Part shown: piece by piece, positions 57,700 through 64,000 of the stretch
Layout: every line of letters begins with the position of its first letter
How positions within the stretch are numbered: position 1 is the first letter of the stretch
Source of the DNA: the human T2T-CHM13v2.0 reference genome, Homo sapiens
Length of the DNA: 64,000 bases
Strand: one strand, 5' to 3'
Assembly (NCBI RefSeq): GCF_009914755.1
Contig: NC_060925.1
The notes under the pieces: model-generated
Database searches by the model: none
What the model saw: the letters and a program-made list of their open reading frames with translations, nothing else
What the model was told of the DNA's origin: nothing
Program-made: the position numbers and the translations under genes

Positions 57700-57930
57700 C
57701 AGTAATAGTAAACATTCAACGAACACTTCCTGTATTAAGCTTGGCATATGTGTTACCGCATTTAATTTTCACAAAAATCATCAGTGTGAGTATTATTGTT
57801 AAGTCCTGTTTTATGCATGAGAAAACTGTCTCAAAGAGGTGGTGTAATTTGGCGAAGGTCACAGAGCTCATATGACCCTGAGCCAGAATTGAAACCTCAG
57901 CATTCTAACTTTAGAGCTGCTCCCTTACAC
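57700..57930 (-). mobile_element. MIR
   Basis: 'cctgttttatgcatgagaaaactgtctcaaagagg...aaggtcacagagc'. Confidence 0.7.
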
Positions 57931-59159
57931 ACTGAGTTTATACTGCCTCCCAACAGGGTAAAAGTGATGCATATATATATAAGTGCTTAGGAATCGCCTG
58001 ACAGGAAACTGCCAAATGGCTATCATGCTTTCTTAGCTGACCTCTTTTTTTAAGTAACTCAGTTGAGACGCATTTCCACCTGTGTGATCTCTCAATACTT
58101 GATTCTTCACACCTGACCCTGCAGGATTCGACTCCACAACCAATTTAGAATTCCATTTATTTCCCTTTTCTCCCAGCCCTGCTTCCCCTTTCTGAGAGGC
58201 TGCTGGCAGAGTGAGAGGGCGCTGCCCCGGCAGGCTTGCTCCTCTGATTGGTAGGGGGTAGTGTGGGCCGATCCTCCCATGTTGCTATAGGCAATTTTGT
58301 ATTAGTCCAAGTAATACATGCCTTCTAATAATTAAATGTTTTCCTGATTCATAGCAACTTTTTTAAAAAACAAATTCAAGGTCTAGTATTTATTTTAGCT
58401 GTGTTAACTGACAGTCGACTATACATTGTTTTCTTGGGAGACAAGCTATTTACAAGGCTAGGCTAACCCTGATGACTCTCTTTGGGAGGTTTCAAGTCAT
58501 AAATCCTTGGTACTCTTTGTACTGATTATGCTGAAGGACATTATGGTTTTATATTTTTGCACTTGCGTGTTCTCTTAACTGTTCAATCCATCATTTTTGT
58601 CATTAGTTTGTTACCTTGATAGCTTCTAAACACACCTCTTCATTTTCTCTTAAAGCTTCCTCTCCACTTAACTTTGGCTACAGAGGAGTAACGTTATTCC
58701 TTAGATCAGCAATACTCAAGTTATTAGTGTCACCTTTATACTTAGTTGAACTGTGTCTTATGCATTTTTTTTAACATTGGTACCTAAAAGTATGTGGCAT
58801 GTAACAGGTGATGAAGAAATGTCTGTTATACATGCATTCGTTCAACATTTCTTTTTTTCCATTTCTTGTTCTAATCTTTTGATGGCAATATCATTAATAT
58901 ACTTCAAAAGAACACTGATTTGCTGTTGGTGATCATTATAGGCTTATGTTATTTCTTCCTCAGTTTTAGAGGTCAGAGTAGGAGCTCTGCAAATCACTTG
59001 GTGGCTGTTTTTAAAGCCAATTCTGTTACAGTCCATAACCTTTGAACTTCAGAAAGAAAAAGGGAACAGATACTTTAAGAATATAAGATTAAATAGAGAG
59101 TTAGGGAGATGCTGCTTTGTACTTCGGCCTCTACTTCTCTCTCTCTCTGTCTCTCTCTC

Positions 59160-59620
59160 ATACTTTGTTTCAGACAGCCTTGTTGAGCTATGACTGACAT
59201 GCAGTAACCTGTAGCTAGGTATGGTGTACAGTGTGATTAGTTTTGGTATATGCCCTGAAACCATCACCACAGTTAAGATGGTAAACATCTCCATCACCCC
59301 CAAAAGTTTCTTCTTGTCCCTGTGTACTACCCCTCTCTCCTGCCCCTTCCACTTACCCATGCCCTGGGTAACCACTGGTCTGCTTTCGGTCACTGTACGT
59401 AAGTTTGTATTTTCTAGAGTATTGTATAAATGGAGTCATATGGTGTGTATTTTTTGTCTGGCTTTCATTGAGCGTAAGTATCTTGAGATTCACCCATGTT
59501 TTTTTTTTTTTTTCCTTTTTTCTTTTTCTGTGAATTCTACAGAGGTACGCCCCTAGTGTTGTGTGTTCATTCCTTCTTATTGCTGAGTTGTATGCATTGT
59601 GTGGATATACAATTCATTTA
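59160..59620 (-). mobile_element. L1MB/ME-like 3'UTR fragment, followed by a MIR (about 59620-59810)
   Basis: 'accatcaccacagttaagatggtaaacatctccatcacccccaaaagtttc...aaatggagtcata'. Confidence 0.75.
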
Positions 59621-59986
59621 TCCACCTCTACTATTTACTAGCATTGTGACTTTAGGCAGCTTCATCTTTATAAGCCTCAGTGTCCTCGTTTGTAAAAAGG
59701 GGATACTATCACCTACATCATGGGGTCATTGTGAATTAAGATTATTTATATAAAACTCATAGTAAAATGCCAGGCACTCAGTAGGAGGTCAGTAGGTAAC
59801 AACTGCTATTGTTTGTTTTTACATTAACTCAGTATTTTTAGACCTAACAGACCTTGAAACCCCCTTTTCACTGAATGTCTTATAATATCCTGGTGCCATG
59901 GCCATTTACTCTGACACGAGATGGTTTGCTGTTACTTTAAGCTTAATTTGTAAGGCATGCTTTCAGATAGGTACCACCATCCACTT

Positions 59987-60124
59987 GGAAGTAGCTTCCT
60001 AAACTGCAAGGGCAGTGTCTAGTCTGAAGCAATCACTTTCTAGAACAGTGTCTAGAGGAAGTAGCTTCCTGTACTGCAGGGGTAGTGTCTAGTACGTAGC
60101 AATCAGTCTCTAGCAATGTATAGA
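59987..60124. repeat. Diverged 70-bp tandem duplication
   Basis: Copies start at 59987 and 60057 (ggaagtagcttcct..actgca.ggg.agtgtctagt...agcaatca); about 80% identical by eye. Confidence 0.85.
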
Positions 60125-60285
60125 AAAATCATCTGAGGTGCTTGTTAAAATGTATACCTCCAGAACTCATTTCCATGGTGTCTGATTCTTAGGCTGTGTT
60201 AGAACTTGAGAATCTACATATTTAACAGGCTCCCCCATGGGTTGCTGTTTTGGAACCTGTAGACTACATTTTGAGAAGCATAGTT
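60115..60285. mobile_element. MER5-like hAT MITE remnant
   Basis: 'aatcatctgaggtgcttgttaaaatg...tctgattc...tttaacaggctcccc...ttttgagaagca'. Confidence 0.6.
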
Positions 60286-61143
60286 GGAGAAGTGAATGGC
60301 TTACAAAACTCTTAGTGTGTGATGGCAGATGTCATAATGTCTGTGCTGGCACCTTTCAGTGGCATGAGAGGCCACCGAATACCCATTTTCCTCATTTGCT
60401 TACCCTTTGATTTAGCAGATGTTTACTGAGCAACTGATATGTGCCAGACTGAGCCGCTTGCTAGGCAGAGAAACTTCAATAAGACTTGATCCCTGTCCTT
60501 AAAGAGTATCTTGACAGCAGAGAAATCCTGCCACGTGTGTGATTATTTTGGGGGAAGTATGCAGAGGAGTCGCCAAATTACAGATTTCACCATAAGGCTT
60601 CAGCAATGAGCGCATTTAAGAGCTGTTCACTTAGAACAACGTTGTTTCACATTTCCGTACAATTTTACAGTTTGGGGTATTTTGTTTTTCTGTTTATACA
60701 TTTTTAGCTCCCCAAGAGCTTTGAGTGGTATCCTGTGATTGGTTGTTGTTTAGTTAATCTTAACTTGAGAACAGCTTAACGTTAAAAATAGTCTACTCCT
60801 GGATGTGTCATTCCGTTTCTGAAACACAGCTGTGAGGTGTGCACCTGGGCAGGATTGAGTTTAGGGAGGACACCATGAACTAGTGTCCTGATTATTTTAT
60901 TTCCTGAGATCAGTGATGAAAGGTGGCAAAGCCATTCCCTGAACAGCGATTGCAGCAACATGAGAAGAAGCTGGGCTACTTGAATTGTGAGAAATCAAAG
61001 CCAAAACTTATTAAAGAGAAATCTCTTGGGTGCTGGGATGGGAACATGTCTTCTGCCTGTCTTTATATCAGTGTAATATCCCTTACGCATTAGAAAAGCA
61101 AGTAGTGACCTAAGAGGTCACTTCTGACCTCTGGCTAAGCTGA

Positions 61144-61518
<375 letters not shown>

Positions 61519-62544
61519 CTTTTTTACGTTTTAGGAATCATTTAACTCTTCTGGACATTAGCACTAACAAGTTTCAACACTGCCACTTACTTGCTCTGTG
61601 GCTTTAGGCAAGTTGTTTTGCCTCTTTGTGCCAGTTTTCATGTGGGTAAAAACAAACAAATAAAGGCAAGGTAGGGGTTGGACAGGACGCTGGCACTGGC
61701 ATTTTCCAGTTCTCTCATCTGTATTTTCTGACATGTGTCTGCCTCCTGACGTGCAGGCAGCAGAGATGCTATAGATCGAGAACAGCATGGAGCTAACAAG
61801 ACCTGCATACAATGAGACACAGTGGATGATTTTGTGAGTGGCTGGGATACTTTCTGGAGGTTGAAAATTGTTTTTATTTAGCTGGCATCACGTGTCCATT
61901 AACAGCACTCAGCATCCCCAGGGATTGAGCGTGGCTTGCAACTCAGTGACAGACAAGCCCCACTGGGACTGTGAGGCTCAGGGAATTTCACTGGGGATTC
62001 AGACACCACCCATGGTCCCTGCAGACCAGGTAGTGCTCAGAAGCATGGAGGCATCAGAGATCCCGTTCTCATCCAGGACACTACGTTGCCTGGGAGGCAC
62101 CACATTGATATAAAACAACTAAGTTAGGGTAGGCATGGGAATATCAGAGACAGTTGTAGGGGGACGCTGTAAACCCATTCACGTACCGCAAGGAACACCA
62201 GACCAGCTGAATTGTGGGGCCCTTTCCAGCGCTGGGCTTCTGGGATTCCTTTGAGCGCCTTCTGTGTGCAATCTACTGGTCCAAACTGGCTTATGCAAAA
62301 AGTTAACTTGTTGGCTCCTGTGACTTCATAGTGTAGAAGGAGAGATAGCTCTGGCCATGACTGGCTGCAGGTATGGCAACACCATCATCAGGACCTGGGT
62401 TCTTTCTCCCTGTCTCTCAGCAATGCTTCCTCTCTGTGGCTTCCACTTTCAGAAAGGCTTGCCCTCATGGTGACAGAAATGGCAGCAGCTGCTCTAACTT
62501 CAGGTGCAATCCAACAGAAAGTGGCCAAAGCCATGGTAGGTGGC

Positions 62545-62825
62545 ACACAGTCACAAGGTAAAGTCCCACGATAGGCCGTCTGTACCTTGAGGAGCAAGGA
62601 AGCCAGTGGTGGATCAGTCCAAGTCCCAAAACCTCAAAAGTAGGGAAACCGGCAGTGCAGCCTTCAGTCTTTTGCCAAAGGCCGGAGAGCCCTTGGCAAA
62701 CCACCGGTGTAAGTCCAAGAATGCAAATGCTGAAGAACTTGGAGCCTGATGTTCGAGGGCAGGAAGCATCCAGCATGGGAGAAAGATGAAGGCTGAAATT
62801 GTCTTCCTTCTTTATTCCTAGCCAT
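62545..62825 (-). mobile_element. MLT2A-like ERVL LTR fragment
   Basis: 'cacaaggtaaagtcccacgataggccgtctg...aagtcccaaaacctcaaaagtaggga...gaagaacttggagcctgatgttcgagggcaggaagcatccagcatgggagaaagatg'. Confidence 0.8.
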
Positions 62826-64000
62826 GTCTCTGCTTTTAATTAATTGTGTATACAGCAAAGTGGATCTTTAACTAGAATAAGGAGATAATTTTTCTACTAT
62901 TGATTTCTGTGCTTTTTGGTCCACTCTTCACCTAAAAATCTAGAAGACTCCCAAAGCTGAAGACCTAGTAGCATTTTTTTCTCCTTCAACTTTATTTCAA
63001 AGGCAAACACATCTCTTCTCCTATGTGAATCTGATGTTTTCAGCCGTGTCGCTGCTTTGGAGGTTTGTCAAATGCAGATCTGTGTTTGGAGGGCTCTGTT
63101 CACTGACAGGGTTGGGTAGCCCTCTTGAGAGTGAGTTAATGAGATTCGTTTTACAGGTCTATGAAAGGTGAAAATAAGTTGTTTTTCCAAATCTCCTTTC
63201 TGTTAATGATTAAGCCTAAGATATGCAGCCATAGATAGAAGGGCTAATGGTTTTATGGCAAGGGAATTTTATTCAATTAAACATTTATTGAGCACCTACT
63301 ATGTACCAGTCTTTATATTCATTGAGACCAAGAAAAGTGATACAGATTGTCTACATACTACCCAGTATTCAAACCGGTATTGATTCTGGTAAGTCTAATA
63401 GAACCCAGTGTAAATAGATTTGATTATGCTTAAATCTGGGAGGTAGAACTAGGTGAAAGGGGTGCCAGCTACTCCACTTACTAGACCTGTGACCTTAAGC
63501 AAGTTACTTAACCTCTTTGAAGTTCATCTAAAGTAGTAGTAGTAACGCCTCCCAGGCCTGGTGTGAGGAAGAAGGTAGATGGCACGGTGTCCAGGATGAT
63601 GTGGAGCGATTGTAGTCTCTATCATTATTGCCATCACCCAGCCCTCAGCAGTCAAGGGAGGCCTGAGTGAACAAGAATATAGTGTAACTCAAACAGATCT
63701 GAAGGCAGTACACGAACAATTGGGGTAAATAAGTCAACTCAGTTAAAAGGCTTGAGTTAAGGGAAAGATTAAATGGTTTTTCACTTATAGAGGGAAAAGA
63801 AATGGTCTCATCTTGAAATATATTTACCTATATTTCACTCATAGGTAAAGTATTTAGATTACTTCTGTGACCTTATTAACATGAATTTATTGAAGTACCT
63901 TTACCCCTGAGAATTAAGAGTTAGTTCCAAATGTATGGTTAAAGAACTTAGCCCTTTCAACAGAACTCTGTTTTGGTTCAGCTTTTGGAGTTCTGTTACA

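Overview
Primate (human-like) genomic DNA covering the 5' part of ZBTB40, a BTB/POZ zinc-finger gene on the + strand. About 1-13 kb is a deeply nested stack of L1, LTR and Alu insertions. A CpG-island promoter lies at about 16.9-18.1 kb, and a non-coding exon 1 ends at 17709. A candidate MER58A-derived alternative 5'UTR exon sits at 18364-18651, followed by a repeat-rich intron 1 of about 38 kb. Coding exon 2 (55584-56349, ATG at 55653) carries the BTB domain, and exon 3 is 57104-57237; the zinc-finger exons lie beyond the window. I see no tRNA, rRNA, CRISPR or intact transposon ORF, and nearly all ORF-track entries are Alu/L1/LTR artefacts. The most notable observations are: (1) a spliced 120-aa upstream ORF, invisible to the unspliced ORF track, that starts in exon 1, crosses the intron and overlaps the ZBTB40 start in the +1 frame, inside a three-uATG leader; (2) an ungapped inverted repeat with 100-bp arms in intron 1 (21406-21630) that pairs a 3' splice-site-like tract with an AATAAA; (3) a MER50-like LTR that ends in an inverted copy of its own 5' end; (4) an Alu with a twin-priming-like 5' inversion; and (5) a possible BTB-only intronic-polyadenylation isoform. 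Repeat subfamily names come from my recall of consensus sequences, and repeat boundaries are approximate.
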